This document shows, in pieces, positions 40,436 through 52,589 of a stretch of DNA of 64,000 nt (within the stretch, counting starts at the first letter, position 1; every line of letters begins with the position of its first letter). Both the position numbers and the translations under genes were made by a program. Under the pieces are notes generated by a model. The model had not been told where the DNA came from and did not search any database. It saw only the letters and a program-made list of their open reading frames with translations. This stretch comes from Entomortierella parvispora E1425 (Eukaryota; Fungi; Mortierellomycota). The DNA is taken from positions 3,410,001-3,474,000 of the forward strand of contig BQFW01000002.1 in assembly GCA_020891255.1 (NCBI GenBank), given 5' to 3'.

Positions 40436-40469
40436 GTCACGTGAACAAACTCGGCGCGCTTTTGGCGCG
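40436..40469. promoter_or_regulatory. E-box GTCACGTGA plus tandem CGCG elements (including TTTTGGCGCG) upstream of GWT1
   Basis: CACGTG 40438-40443, GGCGCGC 40453-40459 and TTTTGGCGCG 40460-40469, about 110-140 bp upstream of ATG 40329. Confidence 0.35.
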
Positions 40470-43400
40470 TTTCTTTTCTTTTTTTTTTTATGTCGTCTAC
40501 ATGTACCCCAGTTGTAGGAACGAGTTTGATCGACCTCGGTGTCGAGAATCGGTCCTACCGTTAATCGCCGAACTCAAGTACACGTCTATTCAGTCCCGCG
40601 TCCGAAAAGTAGAGTAGCTCGAGAGCAATTGCAGGTCATGTGCCAACCATTGGTCCAGGCTGCTTCCCGCCAGTTTCAAGGGCAGGATGGTGCCGATGGT
40701 TTTACTACGCAGGGTCCAGATAATATTTCTATGACAATTGACTGCAGCCGGGATACTCCGGGGCACTCTAGATAGTCATTGGGATATGTATGGCCCTGGA
40801 TCCGTCTTCTCCAGGCCCCAGTTGTTTCATGCAGAACGCAGTGGACGCAAAGCTATTGTCCCTTGCTATTCAATCGATTTTGGCTTTCAAAAAAAGTCAG
40901 TAACTGCTCCTTCTTTGAACCGAGTCTTTGGGTACCCGGTTCTCCAGATGGATTCCTCTCTAGAAAAATGGCGCAAAAGCCAAGAATATAAAAACCACCG
41001 TAGCGCTCGAAACACGTCTTTGTTCTACCAATTTATATCTCCTAGCTAAATTTCGTTTTTTTTGGGTCCATGAAGGCATTGAGGGTCTCATTTTAGTCTC
41101 TGTTGGCGTCCCTTTTCTCTGCTTACCCCTTCTATCTCCAATTGTTATGTCATGAACACACAACGTCAGCCGAGGATCCCTTGCACCCTCTTGTCCACCC
41201 AGTCCAGGATCAACGATGTGCGTCATCGGTTCACTTGTCTTCCCCATTCTATTATTCTTTTTTTTCTATTGTCATCGTCATTACATTGCAATGCATTCAT
41301 TCATGAATGGATACTCGTCGAATTTGTGGCATTTTCATTGTCCATGCATGGAATCCTTGGACGGTTGAGTAATCTATATTACCGAAAGAGTTTGAATGTA
41401 CGTATAGAGTGCCTGTCTTGGAAGCAGGTACAACAACGATGCACGTTGAGAGGACAACATTGCCAGACAGGACACTGCAAAAAGAAGATTTAACAGCCGT
41501 GCTAGTGGAGGACAAAGTTGTTTTCTCGTAATAAATGAACGACATGGCTCCTTCGAAAGAGCAAAAAAGGAATAGAACGAAATGGAATTGTTCGTGAATA
41601 TGCAAAAAAATCTTTTTTTTTTAGATGTTTGGTGGTGTTTATTTGTTTTTTTAGCAAGAGGTCAGTGGAGCACAACACATGCAGGACAAGACAAGGTTCG
41701 GGAGTGTTTGAAGGCTTGACATGTCCGAAAGGAGAGGAGAGATAACAAGAGGAAACATCCTCGATTCAGGCGTCGATGTGACGCTAGGGGCGAAAGGGTT
41801 GTTGTCACGGACGTCGGAGTCTTTCGAAGACAAAGATCGAGATCCAGGACCGATAGAGTTTGGGATACCAAAAGGAAAATACAAGTATGATTGGGTAGAG
41901 GTTAATGCTTTCTTTTGTGCTGCTCCCTCGCCAGCCCCATGTTTTTTGAGAGTCGGTGACCACTCAAGGCATCACGGTATACCGAGAACCTCGAGGGGGA
42001 AAATGTGTTCCAGTTCCTGTCCTATTCTGCTTTTGTTTTTATTGTGTTCCACTGTGTTGTTGTTGTTTGCCACGCACAAGGACAGGTCATCTAATTGAAA
42101 TGCAGGGCATGGCATGGCGATGTTGAATGGGTTCGTAAACCCTCTTCAAATTTCCAATCCATCTGGTCGGCACTTGGAGCTTCCCAACAGTGAAGGTGCG
42201 GGAAATGACGCAGAATTTGGCCGATCACACAAGTCAAATAGCAATTCCACAAGAGGAAGAGCAGGGGGCTCTTGTGGGAAAGCCTGCTTGTGGTTCGTTT
42301 GGTTACTTCTGTGATGAACAAACCAAACCAAAAAAACATTCACTTTTCATTTATGCAAAAACAGCTCCCCATGTCTTCCATCCCTTCTGACCATCGGGGA
42401 ACAAGTCTTCTCAACTGCTTTTTTGGCCCTGATTGTCGAGTTCATCGAAACCTTATCTTGGCGCTAATGCGTTTTCTTCTTCTGTCCCTTTTTCACCTAA
42501 TAATGTCCGGGGTACGAGCACCTGTCGTAGAGGAGGGCACAGAGAAAAAAAAACAAAGGGAAAATATCGAGAATGACGTCAGGAGCAAAAAGAGCAGGGA
42601 AACAAGTCGTCAACAGGCATTGAACTGGGAGCGGGGTCCCTGATAAGAAAGAAAAAAAGAAAAAAACACAAAAAAAAAGACGGTGACCACCAACAGACAA
42701 CATACGTTGTGGGGAGGAAATCTCAGGCTCTCACACCATTGCAAAGCACGCACTTCTGATAGGGTTTATAGTCGTTGTTGTTGCACGCTCCAGGTGCAAC
42801 CAATTGCGACAGGCAACTTCCTTCCTTCCAGAGCCGCTTCCATGACGGTGTGAAAATGTGGGAGGTGTAAGCCGCAGAATACGGTGCGATCATCCGGACA
42901 TCCTTTTTTTCAAAAATAAAGGGTGAAAAAAAAAAAAAAAAAAGCGCGTCGCGCACTGTCGCAAAAGAGAACAGGGAAGAAAAAAAGCACCGGTCGCGTC
43001 GATCCATAATTGCAAATTTGACGATCCTCCTTGTCCTTTTTAGAGTTGGCCCGCGATTTCCAAGGGCGGATATGATGTCAGGCATCTCTCTGCTACGAAT
43101 TGATTGGTCGGTGAGAATGCTCTCTGCAACAAAGCGGGTGGGCCAGGCGGCGAAACCGGATTCTCCGCCTCGAAAGTCTGGCCACAAAAGCAGTTTTTGC
43201 TGTTTTCCCTTTCATTCAGGGATGTGTCGCCTGGACTTGAGCGAATGGGATCGTTTAAAAGGGACTCGACTCGCTGTTTGTGCTCTCTCTTTGACAGATG
43301 CGCGCGCAAGAACATAGGGATGAACAGAGAGAGCGAGAGCATCGTTAGGGAGGGGAGAGCATGTTGGGAGGAGTTGCAATGGAAATTATAACGTAAAAAA

Positions 43401-43601
43401 AAAAAAAGGAATGAAAGAAATGTTCGCGGATCAGTAAGAGTGAGAAAGTGAAGGACCCTGGGATTCGGAGATTGTTGTCTGCACACGGTGTTCTGTAGTA
43501 TCCCTCGTTACCCCTCCTATTCCTTCTCTCTCTGCACCTTGCTGGATACTGACACTTGTGCGGATCTTGGAACGTTGCGCCTTAATCAAATGAGCGAGAC
43601 G

Positions 43602-43632
<31 letters not shown>

Positions 43633-44531
43633 GCGTCGTGGGTGCTCTTCACTGAGTCAAGATCATGTCAAGTGTTTCCGGTGGACTGGGTTCCCAATCC
43701 CACGGATTGTTTGGACAAGGCATGATTCATGGCGCAAAACATAAATTGACAATGTCGAATTGTTCTTATATTAGTGTTTCTTGAACGTTCATGAAGACAG
43801 GGCTACTCCACCAATATGGACAGGACCTGTAAAGTGAAGGAGAGCAGGGTACGCTATGGCTCCAATGAATTGACTGTAAGAGCGTGTTATCGTGCAAGTT
43901 CCTACTTCGTCGACAGAGCTGGATGTGAAGGAAGGAAGGTGAAGACGAGAGCAAAAAGAGAAGGGAGTGAGGGTGTGCATTGGAGATGACGAGTTGCACA
44001 AGGTGGCCAGCGATGACGACGGCGTGGGTACACCCATATACTGTACTGGCCTTTTCCCTTGAATTCTTGGTTTCCCTCGAGTGCGATAGGGACCAGGAAA
44101 GAGAGCAAGCGATGGGCGAAGTGCCACGGACGGCGAAGACTGAATAAAGAGTCAATTGAATGGACTCCCGATTCGATTGAATCCGATTGAATACAAACAC
44201 AAACCATCCCGTATAAAATGGACCGCAATCTTTGCTTTTCCTCCCTTCCCTCCCTTCCACCTCATCATCCTCGCTCTTTCTCTTTCACTCTCTCTCTTCT
44301 CTCTTCTCTCTTCTCTCAACTCTCAACTCTCTCTTTCTCTCTCTCTCTCTGCCATCTCTCTATCTGTGTGTTCTCTTTCTCTCTATCCTCTCTCTCTCTC
44401 TCTCTCGAGTTTCCTCCTTCCCGCTTCTACTTCTAAAGAAAGACGAACCCCTGCCCTTTTGGATACTCCTAGCTCATCAACCTTCACCCAACACGCCCCT
44501 CTTCACCTTTTCACCTGCTCCCTCGAAATCC

Positions 44532-46110
44532 ATGTCTCTTGATACTCCTAATAGTGACATCCGTCGAGGTAATTATCTTCAGTTGAATAAACTCGTGGGG
44601 TTTCCTCCCTCTCGTTTCTGTGTCTCGGACCACAGGGAACACGACGGCCACAACAACTTGCACCAAAGTTGGCCCCACGATGTAGTGGTTATATGGTTCA
44701 TATGATAATATGAATGATATATACTCACTGTCGCCTGTCCTCTATTTTCTTTGTTGCCCATATTTGCCTTCTGTCTCGGTTTTTCTCTGGATCCTTGCGC
44801 ATGGATGATGATCAACCAACTCAATAGACGCCAACCTCACACCAAGCCGCTTTCTGTTGGAGTGCGGCGCCTTTACCCCAGGATTTGGACTGAACCTGGA
44901 GAGCTACAACCCGTTCGATGCCAGCTACAAATTCCTGAATACCGGCACGCCTAAGGCCGAGTCAAATCCCTTTGATATTTCTTTCCGCGTCCCTTCCAGC
45001 TCCGTCTCCGTCCCGAACAACGTTAACCAGAACCAAAGCTCGGTGAATGAAGGTCAGAAACAGCAACAGACTGCTGTGAGAGGCCACCAGCAACAACAGC
45101 GCGCCTTTGACCGCCATCCTTGGGCTGACATGATGTTTGACGAGGTTCCTATGCCCATGCCCCACATGTCGCCTGGACTCTCCTCTGCCTCGTCTACATC
45201 CTCACCTACGTCGCCTCCTTTGGACTCGCCACCAACACATTCTTCTTCTTTGGAGCAATTCCCTTCTATCACCTCGCAGGCCCAACTAGACGCTCATGGC
45301 TATACCAACCAATCCATGTTCTCGTTTGATACATCAAAAGAGCGACAATCCGGTCGGTTTGAGTATGCCACCACTCATTCTCCCAGGAATCCCGCCACTA
45401 TTAACCCAAGCCAGGCTTTCAGTGAGCAGGCTGACCTGGTCCAGAGTGGTGCCGCCCTTCGATCAAGCCATGAAGACGAAAGTGATTTTGAGCAGCCCGT
45501 CGAACATGATGCCCACTCAGATAGACATATGAGCGAATATCCCGAGGATAGTGAGATGGCTACCGAGCTCCCTGGCCTTCGCACGCAGCATGGCCGTCAA
45601 TCTTCCATGATGAGCAATGCCTCGGCAAATCTCATGGATGACGCCCAAGACTCCTCAGGAGAGCCATATGCCAAGAAATCAAAGGATCGCAAGGCCGCAC
45701 CCAAGACCACCAAAGTCTCCAAGACCAAGAAGACAGCCGATGCTTCATCCAACAAGTCCAAGGCGTCCGGCAAGCCCTCATCCCGTAAACGATCCTCCCA
45801 AGATCAGGAAAGTCCCGAGGTCAAGCGCCAAAAGTTTTTGGAGCGGAATCGAATGGCGGCATCCAAGTGCCGTGAGAAGAAGCGACTCCAAACAATGAAG
45901 ACAATTTCGGATGCGGACGAAATTACAGTGCGCAACCAGCAGTTGCACGAGTCACTGGGCGAGCTCCAGGAGGAGGTGCGGTTCTTGAAGAACCAGATCT
46001 TGGCCCACCGGAACTGTGGCTGCGACGTGATTCAAAAGTTCCTGCAGACCAGCTACGACTACAATGGGTCTCAGTCGTCTCCATCGCCCTTGGCGTCGAT
46101 GCACTATTAA
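44532..46110 (+). CDS. ATF/CREB bZIP transcription factor (Atf1/ATF2-like)
   Basis: Basic region EVKRQKFLERNRMAASKCREKKR with leucine zipper and terminal LAHRNCGC. Predicted exon 1 44532-44568 (MSLDTPNSDIRR) spliced to 44828. TATAAAA at 44212-44218. Confidence 0.9.
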
Positions 46111-46952
46111 GTGGATCCCCTTCCCTTGCACGTTGTGTCGCCCGTATCTCCATTTGAGATCCACCACTTTCACCAGCATGTCCAGCATTTATCACACACC
46201 CTGTCACCTTCAATTCGGTCTGCTCCGAAGCGACGCAAGTGATTCCCTTCGCTGTATTATATATATCTTCTTATCCGCCCCCCTCTCTTGTACATAATAA
46301 AGAATTAGGACCTTCGGGTCCATGATCCGTTGCACGAACCAACTGTTGCACATGCAGGAACAGAACACCTTGACATTTTCACGTACAAAATGCCTGTACG
46401 TAAAATGACCTCAATGCGAAACCATGTGGGTGGACACACATTGCGTGTTTGCCCCAAAGGGAGGAGAATCCCAGGGGGGGTGGACAGGGCTGCGGATGGA
46501 GCGGCGGGGGCGTGCGCAACTCTCCAACGATGGAGATGGTTGCGATGATGAGGGAGCACTGGAGCTGTACTTGGAGATGACCAATCGTCCAGAGTAAAGT
46601 AAGCAGACACGGTCTGGTCTTTCGCGGTCTGGCTGGCTGTCAAACTGAGCGAAGGAACAACCGCCCGTTTTGGCCCCCCCAGGAGCGAGCGACGAAGACA
46701 GGCAATGCTCTCAATTCGCTCTTGCTCTCTTTCTCTCTCTCTCTTCTCGCCTGCCTTCATCCATCCATCCATCCATCCTCTCCATTCATTGTTCATCTTC
46801 ATTTCTTTCTTTCCGTTGCCCTTCCCCATCCTCTTCTCTTTATTACTCACCCTGCCGCAGCTACTAGACCACTCCCTCCCTTCCCCAGTGTCGTTCACCA
46901 GTCCTGATCTAGCTCAACTTGTTCATTCATTCCATACAACAACTCTTTCATA

Positions 46953-48486
46953 ATGACGACAAGTACACCCGCACAAGCGTCCCCATCAGCCGTAAGTACC
47001 CTCGAGCCATTCAATCTTTGCTCCTCAGGAGGGCCACCTTGGCGACAGCAAGGCCCCGCCGATCAATTCGACGCTGTATCCATCGCCCCTCGCTGAGCAC
47101 GCGAGTAACTAAATGATTTTATCGAAACTCATCCCGGGATTTTCGGGTTGGACATGAAGGAGAGAGGAACCTGATGATTTCCTCTCAGGTTGAGTTGGCG
47201 TTCACCCTTGTGGCGATGACCCAGACGCCCGTGGCTCAGAGGCGCACAAAGAAGACGTAATTGCTGCCACAGGAGCATCCCATGAGAGGGCATCGATATC
47301 AAGCTTGTGTGTCTTCGTTGTTGTTTGCGTTTTTGTTGTTGTTTTTGGGGTGCATGTTCTCAGCCTTGCTGTCAGTCCCGCTCTGGGTCGTCCAGTCAAT
47401 GCATCGGTCTATCGACGGCAGAGCGGCAGAAAGGAGATAACATGAAGTGTTGCGGGCTTCCTTCAGATCTCGCACTATGACGTGCATTTGTGTCGCGGGA
47501 GTTTATTTCAGCTGTTTTTTTTTGTTGTTTAGTGGGGAACTTTACCCCAAGAGCTTGGGTGCCAGTATGGAGACGAGAGAGATCATGACTAACGCAAAGA
47601 GCTATCCGTTCTTTTTATATCCATTGTAAATCAAATAGACTAATGCAGCGGAGGATACCGTCGCAGCTTCAGGTGCTAGCGCGCCTGAGACGACACAAGC
47701 GCAGGGAGCAGAGGGACATGAGCACGAGGACGATGGAGACGAATTTGACGACGACGGCATCATTGATCATACGACGTTTGACCAGCTTTTGGAGATGGAC
47801 GACGAGGAAGATCACGAGTTCTCGAGGTCTTTGGTCTGGAACTATTTCGAGCAGGCAGAAAAGACTTTTAGCGATATGGACAGCGCCATGTAAGACCCTC
47901 CGCAATGGCAGATTTGATACTGTTTGTTTTACGTACTTTGTCAGCTCTCTCGCCAATTTTTACTGCCTTGCAGCAGAAATGTGAGATTTTCAGATTTCTC
48001 TCCTGCAGTGGCACAAAAGTGGATCGAGAATGGTGCATGCTCGCCTTGTGGCACTGGGATACATGCCTGTCATGCGAGCTAGTCCCCTTTTCTGCAGAGG
48101 ACCTTGAATTTCAATTTTATCCTACATCAATTTTCTCAGGAACTCCCCATTGCCCCTGGAAGAATCAATTGGACTCATAGACCCATAAATTATATTTTTT
48201 CATTGTCAATAGGTCCAAGTTGGATTTCCCAGATCTTTCGAGGCTCGGTCACTTTTTGAAGGGATCATCTGCAGCTTTGGGACTCCGGAGGGTGACAGAG
48301 TCGTGCGAGCGGTTGCAGCATTTTGGAAACCGCAAGGATGCAACAGGCTTGAAGACGATTTCGAACGAGGAGGCCGAGAATCTGATCCGGGCGCTCCTTG
48401 TGCAAGTGCGGGACGAATACAATGAGGCCAAGAACTATCTGACTGTGTTTTACGATGGTGAGGAGGGCTTGGAGGAGGAATCTTAG
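46953..48486 (+). CDS. YPD1: Histidine phosphotransfer (HPt) protein
   Basis: Exons 46953-46991, 47639 to about 47889, and about 48211-48486 give IDHTTFDQLLEMDDEEDHEFSRSLVWNYFEQAEKTFSDMDSAM|SKLDFPDLSRLGHFLKGSSAALGL..ESCERLQHFG; canonical HFLKGSS phospho-His motif. Confidence 0.95.
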
Positions 48487-48907
48487 AGACTTTTTTTTTT
48501 TTGTTTCTTCCTCGAAGAGGACAGCAAAAAAAAAAAAAAAAAAAAAAAGAAAGAAAAAACAAAACGGACAGGCAAAAAACACCTCGCCAGAAACAGAAAA
48601 AGAAAAGGAAAGCCTCTCCATGTCGGCTGGACTCGACCCGTGCCACTGAACAAACAACACTCAACGATACGCTTATTGAAAAAAAAAGAAGCAAATAAAG
48701 AAACAAACATTGGCATGTCGACCTGGGTGTCTTCGTCTGTCTCCACGATCCACGACCAGAGTCCAGATTTTTCAGTCGTCACGTGCGTTTTCATTCTGTC
48801 TGTGCTGGCTGACCCTTTTTGCGCGCGTTTCCTTTCGTCGTCCTCCCCTTTGCCTCTACCCTTCTTTCTTTGTATCTTGTTGACAGAAAGCACGCGACTC
48901 GGACACC

Positions 48908-51900
48908 ATGAACTCAATACAGCACATCGATGAGCTGGTCAAGGAGTATCTCTTGGTAGGCGACATTCCCATCTTGGACTGGACCCTCGAGGAAAAAAAG
49001 TCGCGTCACGGGAGCAATGGAGCATGGAGGGCAGCTGCGATAATGCAATGCATGCATGCATGCATGGACAACCCACTGTGAATTCTTCCGAGGTCTCTAA
49101 CATCCGCTTCCTTCTTTTCTGGACAGTTCCGGGGCTTCACCAATACCTATAAAGCATTCGAAGCAGACAGCAAGACGGACAAGGACAAAGGGTTCCAGGT
49201 TAGACTCTCCGCTTGCACTCTCTCGTCGCTCACGCACTAAAAGGACTAAGGACAACCCCTTTTGGAACTAACCAGATAACCGCTCGGCCGGGGGATCTTC
49301 CTTTATTTCAAAGGCGGAGAAAATTATCGAGGAGCTATTCGCCGCCATATCATCCATGGACTTGAGCTCATTGCTAGAACACTGGCGATACCTGGATATT
49401 CGTTACTTTTCGAGACTGGACCATCGATTTGCGGGCAGCGTCAAGAAGTTTGAACTGTGTCTGCTACGATACTACTTGATATTTGGTAATGAAGAGAAGG
49501 GACCAGAATGAGAGCGGACGATGGGATCCACTGGCTCGTAGAGAAATTGTGGTCCATGAAGGATCGGGAGAAGGACCTGCCGACTAACCTATTCTTTTGC
49601 AAACAACAGCAATCCAACATAAGCGTCGGGAAAAAGTCGTCGAGTTTTTTGAATTGCATGGCGCAGAACTGCAAGGGAACCCAGAGTGGGTGCGGTGGTT
49701 TGGTAGGTCTCTTTGAAAGGGCTTTTGAGTCTTGATTCTTTCTTGGATGCTGTACTAAGGGCCAATCCTCTTTTTCCATCTCAGCTCTTCCATTTTCAAA
49801 GAAACCCGAGACAGATCCAGAATTTGACTTGTTTTTCTCAAAGGCATGGCTTGATACATTCACAGTGTCCCTGCACAACTTTTTGAGCACAGTGTTTCAA
49901 AACATGCGTAAGATCCTGTTTTTTTCATTCTTTTCATTAGGACGAGGAACTGCGGATATTTTTGCTAATACTCTTTCACCTTGGTAAAAATCTTAGCGCT
50001 ACCAAGCTTGTTGTGCTTCAATATCGATCGACTCCACAGGAAGGCGCTACAGTGCGAGGTGGAGACACTTCAGAGTATGATTGAAAACCTGCGAAAGGAG
50101 ATCCAATCTAGCGACGCAGAGATCTCTTCCTTGCGTGACCAGGTACACCAATGGATACGGCGAAGGTTCTTGAGCTATCATGAAGAAGGGTATGACTAAC
50201 AAACTACATCTAATTTTGGAATTTTAGGTAGCCTTGAAGAAAGTGACCGGGGCTAGGAGAAGGCGTGCAGCGTCGATGGTGGAGCAACAAGTTGTCGTTG
50301 CTCAGGATCCCAAGCCAGACGTTCTCCCTAAACGTTCGGGATCACAATCTTCACATTTTTCGCAAACAAGTAGGTGTCAATCGGAGCAAGAGACTGTGTA
50401 ACAAAGAGAATGCTTCCTGGAAACCAGTCTACTGGTGCTGACAAGAACATGGGCACCTTATTCTTTAGATCGACTTGCAATTACAAACGCCCGGCGGCTT
50501 CGAGCTGCTTCAGACGCTGCTTCCTTGGCTAAATCCGAGGCAGAATCATCAGAGGGTAGCGTGACGACATCGTTGTCGGAAGAGGATCTTGCACGTTCTG
50601 AGGAGCCATTTATCATTGTCTCCCAAGAAATATTTTTGGAGCATCAATCCGGGATCACCCATGCCAAGTTCTCCTGTGAAGGCAGCCTGATTGCGAGTTG
50701 CGATGCTGAAAACATTGTTCGTATCTGGTCATATAACGGCTCAAGTTCGATGCCGCCGGCCAAAATCACGAATGGGAGTCATAACATCTTGTCATTGGCT
50801 TGGGAGACACGCGACCGATACTTGTTTTTGGGCTCGGACTCCAGTTTGGTACGGTGTTTTGGATTGGAGTCGAGGTCGATAGTGCACGAGATCAAGACGG
50901 ACGCCCAATACCCCAGGTACGTTCCTCGTGGGCCGTTGGATGATAAGCAGATGATAGATCTGTTGGTGGTGAGAAGAAGGATACTAAATCTAGCGACATC
51001 TCTTTGTCCACTCTAGAATCCGATGCCTGGCCTACTCTCCAGTAGAGGCGATCTTAGTTTGCGCTGTCTCTTCGATGGATGACACAACTGGAGCGTTACT
51101 CTCTGTTAACATGAAAACTATGGCGACTGATGTAAGGAATTCTGGAGGATCTACGCTCCAATAGAGCTTGACATTACAGGTTGTTCATATATCTTGTAAC
51201 TCATCCTCGCTCTTGACACATTTTTTCTTTCTAGCATATGGTCACTATGGACAACGGGTCCTCGGATGTGATAAACACGGTCGGCTTCAACCACAACGGC
51301 CAGCTTGTCGTTACGGGCGATGTTGGTGGCATGATCAAAGTTTACGGTAGGAGAACTGCTGTTCTTTTCTTTTTTATTTTATTTTATTTTTTTTTTTTTT
51401 TTGAGGATGCTCATGAATCAGTAGCGACGGTTTCTTATAAGCTATATATCCTTTCTTCTACTCAGATATCCGATCGTTGACAAGGATCATGGAATGGAGT
51501 GCATCCAGTCAGCCAATTCTCTCTTGCACATTCAGTTTTGACGAGACGTCTATCTTCAGTGTGGACAGTTCTGGCCAACTGTCTCAAGACTCGGTCCACA
51601 AACCTGGAAAGCGGATTGACACTTATCCTCTCCAGGGCTTCACTACTTCAACTTTATCCTCTGCCATGATGATGGCGACAACATCTTCCTCAGCCAGCAT
51701 CCGATCCATTGGCGGAAGTAGTATTCGGTCAAAGTCGTTCCTGAGGACAGCTTCCAGTGGTGGGTCTGTCCATTCATCAAGTATTCCTAGGATACAGCTT
51801 GAGGGTACTGGAGGAGCTGCTGGATCCGCCGCTGTCGACGTGTCATCATCGGGAGAAGCTAACACCGGTGGATCGACTTCTGCATCAACGAATACGCTGG

Positions 51901-52316
51901 AGGCTACCACAGCCAGTAGTGTCAGTAGCACAAAGCAGGGGAATAGCAGCGCAAAAGACAACTCGACCAGCACCTTGACGAGAATGAATGTTGGACCAGG
52001 ACAACTATTGAGCTGGAGTGGTGATACAGACCATGTCGTCATGGGTTGCGGGAACGCTGGTGTCATTGTCCAGGTAGGATACTTGATCGTCTCTATCACT
52101 TCTTTTTTGGTTTTTGCTGGCAATTCTGAGGCAATTATTGACTGACTCTACCTTTTCATAAAATAACATTGTTAGGCCAACGCTGGGCACCAAGTCCAGC
52201 CACTCGTGGGCCATTCTCATCCTCTGACTTGTGTAGATTGGTCTCCAGTTGTTGGAGCATGTTTGACAGGATCTGCGGATGGTACTATCCGTATCAGCAA
52301 ACTCATGCGGGTTTAA
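48908..52316 (+). CDS. WDR91: WD repeat protein 91 ortholog (N-terminal helical domain, coiled coil, C-terminal WD40)
   Basis: About 12 exons: [16 protein letters not shown]|[24 protein letters not shown]|[71 protein letters not shown], matching my recollection of human WDR91 (DELVREYLLFRGF..KEKGF..SLHNFLS). WD repeats from [14 protein letters not shown] to [14 protein letters not shown]. Confidence 0.88.
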
Positions 52317-52589
52317 GGCTTTCAAAAAAAAAAAAAAAAAATCAGATACCAAAATTAAAGAAAATCGATCAAGCTGAAGTATGAATTGTCCACCCGTCGT
52401 TGTTGAGAATATGGAGGCAGTACTTGAGTATCCTCTTTTTTTTGGTCCGCGCTCCAATCAGGGGGAGGAAGTGGCTATACTTTTTGATAGTTTTATTCCT
52501 CAACATTGAGCTATATGGAAACAAAAGGCGAGTGGAGACAAGGAACGAGATTGTCGATTGACAAGGGATATTTTTCCTTTTCCTTTTTT

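Noticed and set aside
47113-47196. Hammerhead ribozyme (CTGATGA and GAAA both present)
   Set aside because: Stem II (G-C closing pair) and stem III/UH geometry cannot be formed; CTGATGA sits in a hairpin loop.
47643-47984. ORF-track protein MQRRIPSQ...
   Set aside because: Wrong frame; the HPt sequence is in another frame of the same exon.
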